Shown: positions 8,497 through 18,186, numbered from the stretch's first letter. The stretch is 32,000 bases of DNA from Candidatus Hodarchaeota archaeon (GCA_048887065.1 JBHLKC010000011.1:1-32000), one strand, 5' to 3'. The notes: generated by a model from the letters alone, not told the origin. Program-made: numbers and translations.

Positions 8497-9462
8497 TTAG
8501 GAGAAAACTCCTGGAATGGGGGTTTGACATTTGGAGCATTTTTCATTTTCTATATCCTGAACTGAGGTATAGTATCCTGATCTTTGGATTATTAGGTTAC
8601 CACATTGATAACAATAAGTATTATTCCCTTTATGACTTCGCACATTACCTAGATATACATATCTTAAGCCCATATCTTTTGCTAGGTTGTATGCAGTCTC
8701 TAGAGTCTCCAGAGGAGTCATTGGTAAGTTACGAAGCTTATAATCTGGGTGAAACCTAGAAAAATGTAAAGGGATATCCGCGCTTAGTTTATTTAAAATC
8801 CACTCGCACATTTCTCTAATCATTTGAAGGTCATCATTTTTAGTGGGAATTATGAGGTTTGTAATTTCAATGTGAACACCAAGGTTATAGAATGTTTCAC
8901 AAGTTTTTAATACAGGTTTCCATGAGGGAGAACTACAAATTTCCTTGTAAAATTCAGTAGAGAACCCTTTTACATCTATATTTGCAGCATCAATCAGTGT
9001 CCCAAGTTTTTCAGCTAATCTTCTCGTAATATATCCGTTATCCACCACTACCATCTTTAAATTGTGATCATGGGCAATTCTGGCGATATCTCGAACATAC
9101 TCGTATGCTATCATTGGTTCATTATAAGTTGAGGCAATAGAAGGAACATTATTTGCTATCGCAGCTTTTACGAGTTCATCTGGCATCATTTTCCTAAGGG
9201 AAGATATCGAACGATTTGCTGATATTGAATAATTCTGACAATGTAGACATCCCATATTACATCCATGAGAACCAATCGATAATATGCCTGTACCTGGCAA
9301 AAAATGGTAAAGCGGTTTTTTCTCAATCGGATCAATAGCTAACGATGATATTAACCCGTATGTACGGGGAACTACCTTACTATCCTTGCATATCCTTGCT
9401 CCACACCAGCCAACTTCGTCATCAGAGAGTTGACAATGCCTAGGACATGCGAGGCATTGCAT
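8497..9462 (-). CDS. AmmeMemoRadiSam-system radical SAM enzyme (PFL-activase-like)
   Basis: 321-aa ORF with N-terminal C.ACPRHC...GWCGAR and the radical SAM cluster CNMGCLHCQN. The conserved N-terminal segment continues upstream of the annotated ATG (see findings). Confidence 0.8.
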   Translation of the reverse strand: MQCLACPRHCQLSDDEVGWCGARICKDSKVVPRTYGLISSLAIDPIEKKPLYHFLPGTGILSIGSHGCNMGCLHCQNYSISANRSISSLRKMMPDELVKAAIANNVPSIASTYNEPMIAYEYVRDIARIAHDHNLKMVVVDNGYITRRLAEKLGTLIDAANIDVKGFSTEFYKEICSSPSWKPVLKTCETFYNLGVHIEITNLIIPTKNDDLQMIREMCEWILNKLSADIPLHFSRFHPDYKLRNLPMTPLETLETAYNLAKDMGLRYVYLGNVRSHKGNNTYCYQCGNLIIQRSGYYTSVQDIENEKCSKCQTPIPGVFS

Positions 9463-9548
9463 TTTTCCTGATTGTAAGGTTCTATAAAAAATCCATTCTT
9501 CTTCGTGTAATATTTCATCAGATGAGTGGATTATATCACCCCAATTCT

Positions 9549-10283
9549 TTATCGTAATGATATAAGATCACGTGACTCATCATAAACGATTAATTTCTTT
9601 TCAGCCATACGACCAAGCGTTCGAGTAATAAGTACTGGAGAAATTATTCCTTCTAGTTCCTGTTTTAACTGTTCCTTGTTTGATCGTCCTAACTTCATAA
9701 TAGCGGCTAAGATGTCTACCTCTGGAATATCCTCTGCTGATTCTTCAAGAAGATATGATATAACAGCATTTTCAGCCTCTAATCCTTTTATTTCTTCTTC
9801 AAGGTTTGTAATTTCAGTGTGTTTTGTATTAAGCTCAGTTTGAAATTTCAATTCGAGATCTTGATTTGATTTTACAAAATGTGCAATACTCTCCCTTCTC
9901 TGAGAAATTTCAGTTTTTATTTTTTCAATCTCTTTAGTTGTTGTTTCTAATTTTTCGTTAAGTGTCTTTTTTTCGTTATATTTTTCCTCTAATTCGATTT
10001 CTTTTCTTTGAGCCTCTTCTACTTCATTATTTTGTCTTTTTATTAATTCTTCTTTCAGATTGGCCTTGTTATTTATATCCTCTTGATTAGTAGCGATTTT
10101 TGCCTCTTGCTCGGTGATCTGAGCGTCTACTGCTTCTTTTTCCTTAATTAGGGTGTCAAGGTAATCTTTTGATTCTCTAAGTTCTTGAGCCCGACTAAAA
10201 ATGAGTTGTTTAATGTCATCCCCTAAACGATCTAGGGCCTCTTCACTACGGATAAATTTTTCACGTAAAGTATCTGTGTCCAT
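9549..10283 (-). CDS. coiled-coil protein with C-terminal winged-helix-like domain (function unknown), paralog B
   Basis: 244-aa ORF. About 170 aa is E/K/Q-rich heptad-like sequence. This is followed by VISYLLEESAEDIPEVDILAAIMKLGRSNKEQLKQELEGIISPVLITRTLGRMAEKKLIVYDESRDLISL, which has a wHTH-like pattern. Confidence 0.5.
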   Translation of the reverse strand: MDTDTLREKFIRSEEALDRLGDDIKQLIFSRAQELRESKDYLDTLIKEKEAVDAQITEQEAKIATNQEDINNKANLKEELIKRQNNEVEEAQRKEIELEEKYNEKKTLNEKLETTTKEIEKIKTEISQRRESIAHFVKSNQDLELKFQTELNTKHTEITNLEEEIKGLEAENAVISYLLEESAEDIPEVDILAAIMKLGRSNKEQLKQELEGIISPVLITRTLGRMAEKKLIVYDESRDLISLR

Positions 10284-10286
10284 TTA

Positions 10287-11066
10287 TTAAACCTCATTAT
10301 CAAATAAATCTATTTTCTGCAAAATGTTAATATTTCCAGCTGCTTCATCAAATTCGAGGACACCACGGGCCGCTAATCCCTTTAAAATTGAAATTAAAGT
10401 GTTCAAATCTAAGCCTAGCGCAGATCGAATCTCTGTCGTTGTAGAACTTGGTGATGGCTTTTTTGCTAGGAATTTAATCAGTCCTGTTTCAGGACTTTGT
10501 ATGTAATCCTCAGAACAAAGAAGCCTTATTGCCTTAAACCGATTTCCCATTCTATCTCTTTTTGCCTTTAAATTCTCATATTTATGGTTGAGACTATCCA
10601 TTTGAGAGTCAAATTTAGGTTGAATTTCATCGTGTGTGGACTTAAGCGAAGCTTGCTCTTCATCTAAACTTTTTAAAGTAGCTAAGAGAGTTGATTTTTC
10701 GCTTTCTAATGTTATTAAGCTATTTCTGTCTGCTGCCAGCTCTGTGTGAAGTTCAGAAGCTTGATTATTAATTGAATCGATTTTATCCAACGATTTGGAG
10801 ATTTCCCGTTCTATTTGGGCAATTTCGTCATTAAAAGTTTGCAAATCACTGTTTAAATCGGAGATTTCCCGTGTATAATCATTTGATTTGCGACGATTTT
10901 CATCAATGAGATTCTTAAGATTCTCAATATCACTGATAAGTGATTTTAAGTCCTCGCGTATTAACTGTAGTCGACTTTCAAATTTCGGGATTAATTCATC
11001 CAAACTAAGTTCTAACTTACGTATGTATTCGGCACTCTTAGGAATCGTCATGTACATCTTCCTCAT
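10287..11066 (-). CDS. coiled-coil protein with C-terminal winged-helix-like domain (function unknown), paralog A
   Basis: 259-aa ORF with the same architecture as its neighbour. The tail is EDYIQSPETGLIKFLAKKPSPSSTTTEIRSALGLDLNTLISILKGLAARGVLEFDEAAGNINIL. It is separated from the downstream paralog by 3 nt. Confidence 0.5.
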   Translation of the reverse strand: MRKMYMTIPKSAEYIRKLELSLDELIPKFESRLQLIREDLKSLISDIENLKNLIDENRRKSNDYTREISDLNSDLQTFNDEIAQIEREISKSLDKIDSINNQASELHTELAADRNSLITLESEKSTLLATLKSLDEEQASLKSTHDEIQPKFDSQMDSLNHKYENLKAKRDRMGNRFKAIRLLCSEDYIQSPETGLIKFLAKKPSPSSTTTEIRSALGLDLNTLISILKGLAARGVLEFDEAAGNINILQKIDLFDNEV

Positions 11067-11520
11067 AGTATTTATCTATTGTCTTTGACTCAATATACTA
11101 TTTAGTTTGTTCTTTTGCCTAGATAATCAATTAAAACTGCTTTAAGGTGAATAGTTTAATTTTCATTTAAGAGGGTTATATTATTACCATCGATTGGTAA
11201 CTTGAGTATTGAGATAATATAATAATATTTGTTATAAAAGTTACTCTAAAAATTTAACAAATGCGATTAAATACCTTTTTTCTTCATTAATTAATTAGTT
11301 TTTTGATATAAGAATAATAACAGAGGTTTTTTAATTTAGAAATCAAATTTTTGTCTTGATAACTCAAGATATCATCTTTAATTCAAATTATTTTAGTTAA
11401 ATATTTACTACAATGATGAAAGATCAATATATTAGATTAGAGGGTATTTTTAGTGTTATAAAAAGGATAATATAATGTGAATATTTTCTATACAAGTCAT
11501 GTGAATATTTTTTAGATTCG

Positions 11521-11554
11521 AAAAAAGTTTATAAATATTTATGAAAACTTTTTA
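11521..11554. promoter_or_regulatory. palindromic operator-like element overlapping a TATA-like box upstream of hsp20
   Basis: AAAAAAGTTT (11521-11530) and AAACTTTTTA (11545-11554) are inverted repeats (9 of 10 positions) flanking ATAAATATTTATGA. They lie about 25-70 nt upstream of the hsp20 start candidates. Confidence 0.35.
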
Positions 11555-11574
11555 TTTGAACCGTTCTAGTAAAA

Positions 11575-12228
11575 TTGATGGAGAAGAATAAAATGTCAGA
11601 TCCTACTGGTAGTAATTATGACGATGATGATGATTCAAGGCGATATCCACGGAGACGGAGAAAACCAGGTGAAAATCCATTTGATGATATTTTTAACCAT
11701 TTCATGAACACTTTTGGTGGGATGGATTTCAATTCCTTGTTTGATCAAATGGACTACTTTTTAGAGGACATCTTCAGACGATTTGGTATGCGAACTCCAA
11801 TGGAAGGGGATTCTAGGTTCCCAGGTTTCGTTTGGGGATTTCGGATGACTCAAGGTCCTGATGGTCGTCCTCGTATTGAGCGATTTGGGAATACTCCTCG
11901 GAAGATGACGAGTAGCTCTGGTGATGCACGCCCCTCTTATGAACGAGAACCATTAGTTGATGTGATCGAAGATACAGATGTTGTCAGAGTAATTGCAGAG
12001 ATTCCAGGTGTTATGAAACAAGAGATCGAATTATCTGCTACAGATAACAGTTTGTTAATTCAAGCTCAATCTGAAGATTCCAAAAGGAAATATTTTAAAG
12101 AATTAGATCTTCCCTGTGTCGTCATACCAGAATCTGCTTCTGCTAAATTTAAAAATGGCGTATTAGAGGTAGAGCTGAAAAAAATCGAATGTGATGAAAA
12201 ACAAAGTACTAAAGTACATGTTGAGTAA
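11575..12228 (+). CDS. hsp20: small heat-shock protein, Hsp20/alpha-crystallin family
   Basis: The C-terminal alpha-crystallin domain is VDVIEDTDVVRVIAEIPGVMKQEIELSATDNSLLIQAQ...ASAKFKNGVLEVELKK. The N-terminus is long, charged and likely disordered. The likeliest start is ATG 11593 (GGAG 9 nt upstream) rather than TTG 11575. Confidence 0.8.
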   Translation: MMEKNKMSDPTGSNYDDDDDSRRYPRRRRKPGENPFDDIFNHFMNTFGGMDFNSLFDQMDYFLEDIFRRFGMRTPMEGDSRFPGFVWGFRMTQGPDGRPRIERFGNTPRKMTSSSGDARPSYEREPLVDVIEDTDVVRVIAEIPGVMKQEIELSATDNSLLIQAQSEDSKRKYFKELDLPCVVIPESASAKFKNGVLEVELKKIECDEKQSTKVHVE

Positions 12229-12258
12229 CAGCCATTTTTCCCTATTATAATTTTTTGC

Positions 12259-14493
12259 GTGAGGATGCTGTTAATGCAACCCATTGAACTTCGTCTGCAA
12301 GTTAAAGAAGCGAATTATCACGATGTAGGTCGGGGTATTGGTAGAATTTCCAAGAAAAATATGAAGAAACTTGGAGTCTTATCTGGAGACGTCCTCGAAA
12401 TTAAGGGTTCAACGGGAAAAAAAACGACAGTAATAGTTTGGGCTACTTATAGCATTGATGAGAATAAAGATATTATCTCAATAGATGCAACCTCAAGAAT
12501 GAATGCAGGTGTCCACTTAGATGAATTGGTTGTTGTGCAAAAAATAGAGGTTTTACCAGCAAAAAAGATTGTACTGGCACCCACAACCGAATATATTTTA
12601 GGAGACGCGAAAAAATTCTTTCATATGGGATTACAAGGAAGAGCTGTATCAATTCATGACACTATTCGCTTAGAATATATGGGACAACGAATTGAATATA
12701 AAGTTGTAAATCTAACTCCCAAGAATGATTCTGTTGTTATTGATGAAAATACTGTCGTTGATGCAATGACAACTGTATCTCCTTCAGATAAAACCTTGGT
12801 TGAAATGAAGCTGATTCCGAGGATTTCGTACGAAGACATTGGGGGAATGGATGAAACTATTCAGAGAGTAAGGGAGATGGTTGAACTCCCTATGCGATAT
12901 CCTGAATTGTTCGAACGTTTAGGGGTAGAACCACCAAAAGGTGTGCTTCTTTATGGTCCACCTGGCACTGGTAAAACATTATTAGCAAAAGCGGTTGCGA
13001 GTGAAACTGATTCACACTTCATTAATGTGTCAGGCCCCGAAATAATGTCCAAATTTTATGGTGAAAGTGAACAAAATATTCGTGAGATATTTGATGAGGC
13101 AAAAGAGAAGGCTCCAAGTATAATCTTTATTGATGAGATCGATAGTATAGCTTCAAAGCGTGATGATGCAAATTCTGGAGAAGTTGAACGAAGAATTGTT
13201 TCACAAATGTTAGCATTAATGGATGGATTGGAGAGTCGTGGCGAAATAATCGTTATTGGAGCGACAAATCGTCCAAATGCTATTGATCCTGCTTTGAGAA
13301 GACCTGGACGCTTTGATCGAGAGATTGAGATTGAAGTGCCCAACCAAAAAGGCAGATTAGTCATTCTTGAAATTCACACACGATCTATGCCCCTTGCGGA
13401 AGATATTGACTTAAAAAACATTGCCATGCGTACTCATGGATTTGTAGGTGCAGATTTAGCTTCTCTCACAAAGGAAGCCGCCATGAGAGCAATTAGAAGA
13501 GTATTTCCCAAAATTGTTTGGGGTGAAAGTATTCCTTCAGAAATAATTGATCAAATATCGGTATTATCAGCAGATTTCGATGTTGCTATTACAGATGTGC
13601 AGCCCAGCGCACTTAGGGAAGTTATTATTGATGTTCCTACAGTTTCTTGGGATGAGGTGGGTGGATTAGACGAAATCAAACATGAATTAAAAGAAATTAT
13701 AGAATGGCCATCAAAATACCCATCAATTTTTAATTATATGGATGCTGAAATTCCTCGGGGTGTTCTACTAATTGGTCCTCCTGGAACTGGTAAAACATTA
13801 CTAGTTCGTGCCTTGGCAAGTGAAACCTTGTATAATTTCATTTATGTAAAAGGCTCAGAAGTTCATTCAAAATGGGTTGGTGAAAGCGAAAAAGCAATTC
13901 AAGAAACGTTCCGTAAAGCCCGCATGGGTTCTCCCTGCATTGTATTTTTCGATGAAATTGACACTTTGGTTCCCTCACGAAAAGGGTTTATCTCTGATAC
14001 TGGAGCAACAGACCGAATTATTACTACTTTTTTAACTGAAATGGATGGCTTGGAAGAATTGAGTGATGTAATCGTTATTGCAGCGTCGAATCGTCCTGAT
14101 GTTATCGACCCTGCCCTCTTAAGACCTGGCCGATTTGAAAGAATAATAGAATTACCATTACCAGACGAAAAAGCCAGAGAAGAGATATTAAAGGTTCATA
14201 CAAGAGACAAACCATTATCCCATAAAATTTCATTATCCGATGTCGCTAAAAAGACTGATGGATTCAGTGGAGCTGATATTAAAGGCCTAATAAATCGAGC
14301 GACGTTCTATTCAATTAATCGTTTTCTTCAAGAACATCAAGAAAAGCTGAATAATAATGATCCTTCAAAAATTAATGAGCTGATTAAAGATTTGAGACCT
14401 GAAATCAAATTATCTGATATAATAGAATCATTAAATTATTTTCAAACTTCATCAAAAAAAGATCCACATTCAGAAATATCGTACAAGATGTAA
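12259..14493 (+). CDS. cdc48: Cdc48/VAT-type AAA+ ATPase (two AAA domains)
   Basis: The N-domain is [17 protein letters not shown]. It has two Walker A motifs (both [10 protein letters not shown]), Walker B motifs IIFIDEID and IVFFDEID, and GATNRP / AASNRP with PGRFDR / PGRFER. The probable true start is ATG 12274 (MQPIELRL), 9 nt after GAGG. Confidence 0.9.
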   Translation: MRMLLMQPIELRLQVKEANYHDVGRGIGRISKKNMKKLGVLSGDVLEIKGSTGKKTTVIVWATYSIDENKDIISIDATSRMNAGVHLDELVVVQKIEVLPAKKIVLAPTTEYILGDAKKFFHMGLQGRAVSIHDTIRLEYMGQRIEYKVVNLTPKNDSVVIDENTVVDAMTTVSPSDKTLVEMKLIPRISYEDIGGMDETIQRVREMVELPMRYPELFERLGVEPPKGVLLYGPPGTGKTLLAKAVASETDSHFINVSGPEIMSKFYGESEQNIREIFDEAKEKAPSIIFIDEIDSIASKRDDANSGEVERRIVSQMLALMDGLESRGEIIVIGATNRPNAIDPALRRPGRFDREIEIEVPNQKGRLVILEIHTRSMPLAEDIDLKNIAMRTHGFVGADLASLTKEAAMRAIRRVFPKIVWGESIPSEIIDQISVLSADFDVAITDVQPSALREVIIDVPTVSWDEVGGLDEIKHELKEIIEWPSKYPSIFNYMDAEIPRGVLLIGPPGTGKTLLVRALASETLYNFIYVKGSEVHSKWVGESEKAIQETFRKARMGSPCIVFFDEIDTLVPSRKGFISDTGATDRIITTFLTEMDGLEELSDVIVIAASNRPDVIDPALLRPGRFERIIELPLPDEKAREEILKVHTRDKPLSHKISLSDVAKKTDGFSGADIKGLINRATFYSINRFLQEHQEKLNNNDPSKINELIKDLRPEIKLSDIIESLNYFQTSSKKDPHSEISYKM

Positions 14494-14522
14494 TATTAAT
14501 GTAATATGTTGGTAGATCAACT

Positions 14523-15320
14523 GTGTATTTTGATAAACTGAGTGAAGAAATTGATGATCTGCTTGAAAAAGCAGAGGATAAAAATAATATAAAATTTATT
14601 GGAGAGGATGATCATTTTCCTCACGAAGGAGAGGTAGTGATCGAGATGCTCGGTTTTTATGGGTCAGTTAATCAAATTATTACAAAAGAAGTTCAGAAAA
14701 TAGCTCAAAAGAAGAAAAAAATAGCTGGGATCTTCTCAAGTTACTTTAGTGAAATGGTTCAAATCATATCTGGAGAGATTTTACTGCCAATTACGATTCA
14801 TCAGGTTCAAATTGGGTCTAAACCTTTTATCTTAACAACAAGTAATTTCTCAGTCCCTGACATAATTGGATACCAATTAGCGGAAGAATTATTCAAGTTT
14901 TATAAAAGACAAAAAGTGTCAAAAATTCTTTTGATAGATGGAGTGTACAATAATGAACGAAATATCAATAAAAAACCACAGATTCACAAAATTTTCTCCT
15001 CAGATTTACAAATAAATGTCATAAATAATGATGTGGCTGATTTCACTTTGATAGGTCAGAGTGCATGTTCTTTTTTGACTTATTGGGGCTATAGGGAGGA
15101 TATCCCGATTGAAATTTTGGTTGTTGACTCTTTTTCAGAATATGATCCTATGTCTTCTCTTGAGCTATTAAAGAATTTAATGCGAGAATGGGGAATTAAA
15201 GGGGATTTAAGTGATTTGGAAAAAAAATCAAAAGAATTTAAACTATCATATACGCAATCAGAAAATGAATCAGAAGTAGAAAGACAGGAAAAGAATTCTG
15301 ATAAACGATTCTTTATCTAG
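14523..15320 (+). CDS. possible PAC2-family (proteasome assembly chaperone-like) protein
   Basis: 265-aa ORF. VVIEMLGFYGSVNQIITKEV and KILLIDGVYN resemble the IEGLPGIGLVG... and IIVTGD... segments of archaeal PAC2/PbaA proteins, from memory. It has an acidic tail ending in the HbYX-like FFI. It lies immediately downstream of cdc48. The similarity is weak. Confidence 0.35.
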   Translation: MYFDKLSEEIDDLLEKAEDKNNIKFIGEDDHFPHEGEVVIEMLGFYGSVNQIITKEVQKIAQKKKKIAGIFSSYFSEMVQIISGEILLPITIHQVQIGSKPFILTTSNFSVPDIIGYQLAEELFKFYKRQKVSKILLIDGVYNNERNINKKPQIHKIFSSDLQINVINNDVADFTLIGQSACSFLTYWGYREDIPIEILVVDSFSEYDPMSSLELLKNLMREWGIKGDLSDLEKKSKEFKLSYTQSENESEVERQEKNSDKRFFI

Positions 15321-15333
15321 GAGGTATTAAATC

Positions 15334-15900
15334 TTGAATGGAGATCCTTTAGATGATATCGAATTAATACTAAAAATCCTTTCATATCAAATTGAGAGTA
15401 AAAATGTTATAGCTCCAGATGAAATTGATCAAATACTACATTTACTAGCAAATCGTACAAGACGACGAATGTTGGCTGAATTGGCTGACGGAGAGGGTTT
15501 TGTTAATGAATTAGTAAAACGATTAGATGATCATCCTCAATCTATCATTCGGCACTTAGAGGTACTGAAAAAGAATAACTTAGTCATTGGTAAAGAACGT
15601 CAAGTAACTGGAAGGAGAGGCCGACCAAGGGTTTACTATGCACTGTTTCCAGAAGTAGCTAATCTGATCAGCAGCACAGGAAGAAATGCTTCAAAACAGG
15701 GAATCACTGATTTTTGTAGTAGTTTCCCTCGTCTAAATGCTATAAAAAAACGCCTTGATAGCCGAATTTCTCATTCAGAGCAAAAGAAAATTATTTCTGA
15801 AGTGAAGAGTATTAAGAATGAACATGAAATCGCCCTTCAAGCCTGTAATGAGATTCTTGAAAAGGCGAAGAAGAAAGTCACGAGAATACCAGTTGAATAA
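15334..15900 (+). CDS. winged-helix (ArsR/Phr-like) transcriptional regulator with C-terminal helical region
   Basis: 188-aa ORF. LANRTRRRMLAELADGEGFVNELVKRLDDHPQSIIRHLEVLKKNNLVIGKE...GRPRVYYAL is an ArsR-type wHTH. It is followed by a long predicted helix. GGAGG at 15320-15324 lies 9 nt before the TTG start. Confidence 0.55.
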   Translation: MNGDPLDDIELILKILSYQIESKNVIAPDEIDQILHLLANRTRRRMLAELADGEGFVNELVKRLDDHPQSIIRHLEVLKKNNLVIGKERQVTGRRGRPRVYYALFPEVANLISSTGRNASKQGITDFCSSFPRLNAIKKRLDSRISHSEQKKIISEVKSIKNEHEIALQACNEILEKAKKKVTRIPVE

Positions 15901-16233
15901 GAAAAGGTTTGGTTAAAGCTGGCTCAGAATCACGAATCGAGTTATCAGAGATCGCTTTTCCTTTTTCAAGATGTAGAACAAGCAAGAATCATAATTCCAA
16001 AGTTTTTAAAGCATTGTTGTGATTTAAACCAGACATATACAACAGGCTTAATTGTAATAAATGAAGATTCTTTTCTACCAAAGATCATTCCAGATTTAAA
16101 CAAGCTTCTATTTCTTCTCCCAAACATTCGCATTGTTAAATTAAATGAGATCACCCAAGAATTAGGTCAGACTGTAGATTTTATATTTATTGATCTACGT
16201 CAGGTTTTTAATCCTAATAAAATTATTATCCTT

Positions 16234-18186
16234 TTGGAGGCAGTTCGAGGAGGGGGGATAATCTTTATCCTCGGGCAAGATAAACCTGACTGGCTTTATT
16301 CTATCAATGAGAACCGTTTTCCCAATATGTTACTAGAATCAAAAAAAAGGAAGTCAATATTATTAAATTGGTTTTTGAATAATATTAATGATAATCCTCA
16401 GTGTATTTCAAATACAAAGTCAATTTCAGATGTAATTTCAAGATTCCATCCAATCCCCTTAGAAAATAGCTTAAAAGCTCAGATAGATAGTATTTTTGTA
16501 AGTGAAGAGCAGAAAGATGTGATTGATAAGCTTCTAGTTGAATTAAGCAATTTGTCATATACAAATAGTTGTTTAATTTTGGTAGCTAATCGTGGTAGAG
16601 GAAAATCTGCAACAGTTGGCTTAATGTTATCCCAGTTTATTATGCGGAATCCATCTCATAAATTTAAAATAATTGTCACTGCCCCCTATTTAACAAATGT
16701 ACAAACAATTTTCGAGTTTATTTCAAAAGGTTTTAATTCTAAGAATATTAAATGTCAGTTCGTTAAGAAGAATGGGTTTATAACCGGGGTTCATACTTCT
16801 ACAAAAGCAATATTAAAATTTATACCTCCAAGTGAATTAAATAAACGCTTAAAGACCGATATTATTGTAGTTGATGAAGCTGCTTCACTTCCTTTAGATT
16901 TATTGAGACAAATTCTTCGAACCAAAACAAAAAAAATTTTCATATCAACAATCCATGGATATGAAGGAGCAGGAAGAGGATTTGAATATAAAATTCTTAA
17001 TTATCTAGAAAATCAGAAGCAAATTCATTACAAAAAATTCACCTTACATCAGCCTATCAGATATTTTCAAGGTGATTTGATCGAAAAACTATTAAACGAC
17101 ATTTTTTTTCTCAATGTTGAACCTGAACCATCAGAACTAAAAATTCAAGAAATTAGACGGGATTTTATTACTCTAGAAGAGTTTAAAGATCCAGGTTTCT
17201 TATTCTCGAGAAGAGGATCACCTTATCTTAAGCAATTGTTTGCGATTCTTGTCTACGCTCATTATCGAAATCAACCCAATGACCTCGTACTATTAGCAGA
17301 CTCAGGAAAACATTTCTTGGTTGGACTATATGAAAAAAAGAATGATAACGGAGGAAAATTACTAGTTTCAAGCCAACTAGCACAGGAAGGGAGAATGTCC
17401 GATCAAGAAATCTTAGACGTTGCTTCTGGTCGTTTTATTGAGGGTAATCTTATCCCTTCAGTAGCTATCCGTCATTTTTCAAAGGATTTTGCTAAGTTAA
17501 ATGGTTTAAGAATTGTTAGGATAGCGTCTCATCCGAGTCTAATTGATAAAGGTCTTGGTAGACAAGCGATAGAATTACAAATCAAAAGATACTCTTCATA
17601 CGATTGGATTGGAGTAAGTTTTGGTACAACAGTTAAACTAATCAAATTTTGGACAAAGTTCGGTTTCAAATCTGTCCATATTCGTCCTATAAAGACCCCT
17701 GAAACTGGTGAATGGAATATAGTAGTAATCTTCCCTTTTTCTCCTTCTGCTACTAGAATCATTAATGAAGCATCTTCTGATTTTTTATTACAATTCATTT
17801 CTTTACTCAAACAATCATTACATTCGATGAAACCAGAGTTAGTTTCACATATCATAAGAAGTTGCGTTCCAATTCCTAATTACGAGGTAAAAATTACTGC
17901 AAGTGGAAAATATCGCCTTAAAAATTATTTAAAAGGGAATCTTAACTTCCTATTAGCTGTTGATGTAATGTATGAGCTTGTAATGAAGTATTTCGTTTCC
18001 CATGCCTTCAATGTAAAACTAAGTCCTTCTCAGGAAGTGTTGATTATTGCTCGTATTTTGCAAGGAAGAACATGGGGACAAACATTAGGTAAAACAGGAT
18101 TAAATTGGAAAACAGCAAATGGCTTGATTAAGAAAGCCATTGAAAAACTGACTATAATGTTTATAGAAAAGGATAACGATTTTTAA
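16234..18186 (+). CDS. tmcA: tRNA/rRNA cytidine N4-acetyltransferase, TmcA/NAT10 family (canonical-start ORF; coding region extends upstream to about 15901)
   Basis: Helicase-like Walker A ANRGRGKSA, Walker B IIVVDEAASLP, HGYEGAGRGF, and GNAT core RIVRIASHPSLIDKGLGRQA. The upstream in-frame sequence (15901-16233) encodes the family's N-terminal domain (...QRSLFLFQD...VDFIFIDLRQVFNPN...VRGGGIIFIL) but contains no ATG, GTG or TTG. Confidence 0.85.
   Translation: MEAVRGGGIIFILGQDKPDWLYSINENRFPNMLLESKKRKSILLNWFLNNINDNPQCISNTKSISDVISRFHPIPLENSLKAQIDSIFVSEEQKDVIDKLLVELSNLSYTNSCLILVANRGRGKSATVGLMLSQFIMRNPSHKFKIIVTAPYLTNVQTIFEFISKGFNSKNIKCQFVKKNGFITGVHTSTKAILKFIPPSELNKRLKTDIIVVDEAASLPLDLLRQILRTKTKKIFISTIHGYEGAGRGFEYKILNYLENQKQIHYKKFTLHQPIRYFQGDLIEKLLNDIFFLNVEPEPSELKIQEIRRDFITLEEFKDPGFLFSRRGSPYLKQLFAILVYAHYRNQPNDLVLLADSGKHFLVGLYEKKNDNGGKLLVSSQLAQEGRMSDQEILDVASGRFIEGNLIPSVAIRHFSKDFAKLNGLRIVRIASHPSLIDKGLGRQAIELQIKRYSSYDWIGVSFGTTVKLIKFWTKFGFKSVHIRPIKTPETGEWNIVVIFPFSPSATRIINEASSDFLLQFISLLKQSLHSMKPELVSHIIRSCVPIPNYEVKITASGKYRLKNYLKGNLNFLLAVDVMYELVMKYFVSHAFNVKLSPSQEVLIIARILQGRTWGQTLGKTGLNWKTANGLIKKAIEKLTIMFIEKDNDF

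Noticed and set aside
8490-8760. Long open plus-strand frame continuing after the TGA stop of the JAB gene (possible TGA read-through or selenocysteine)
   Set aside because: The stretch is antisense to the strongly supported radical SAM gene and its translation has no recognisable features. The JAB domain is complete before the TGA. I treat it as a coincidental shadow frame.
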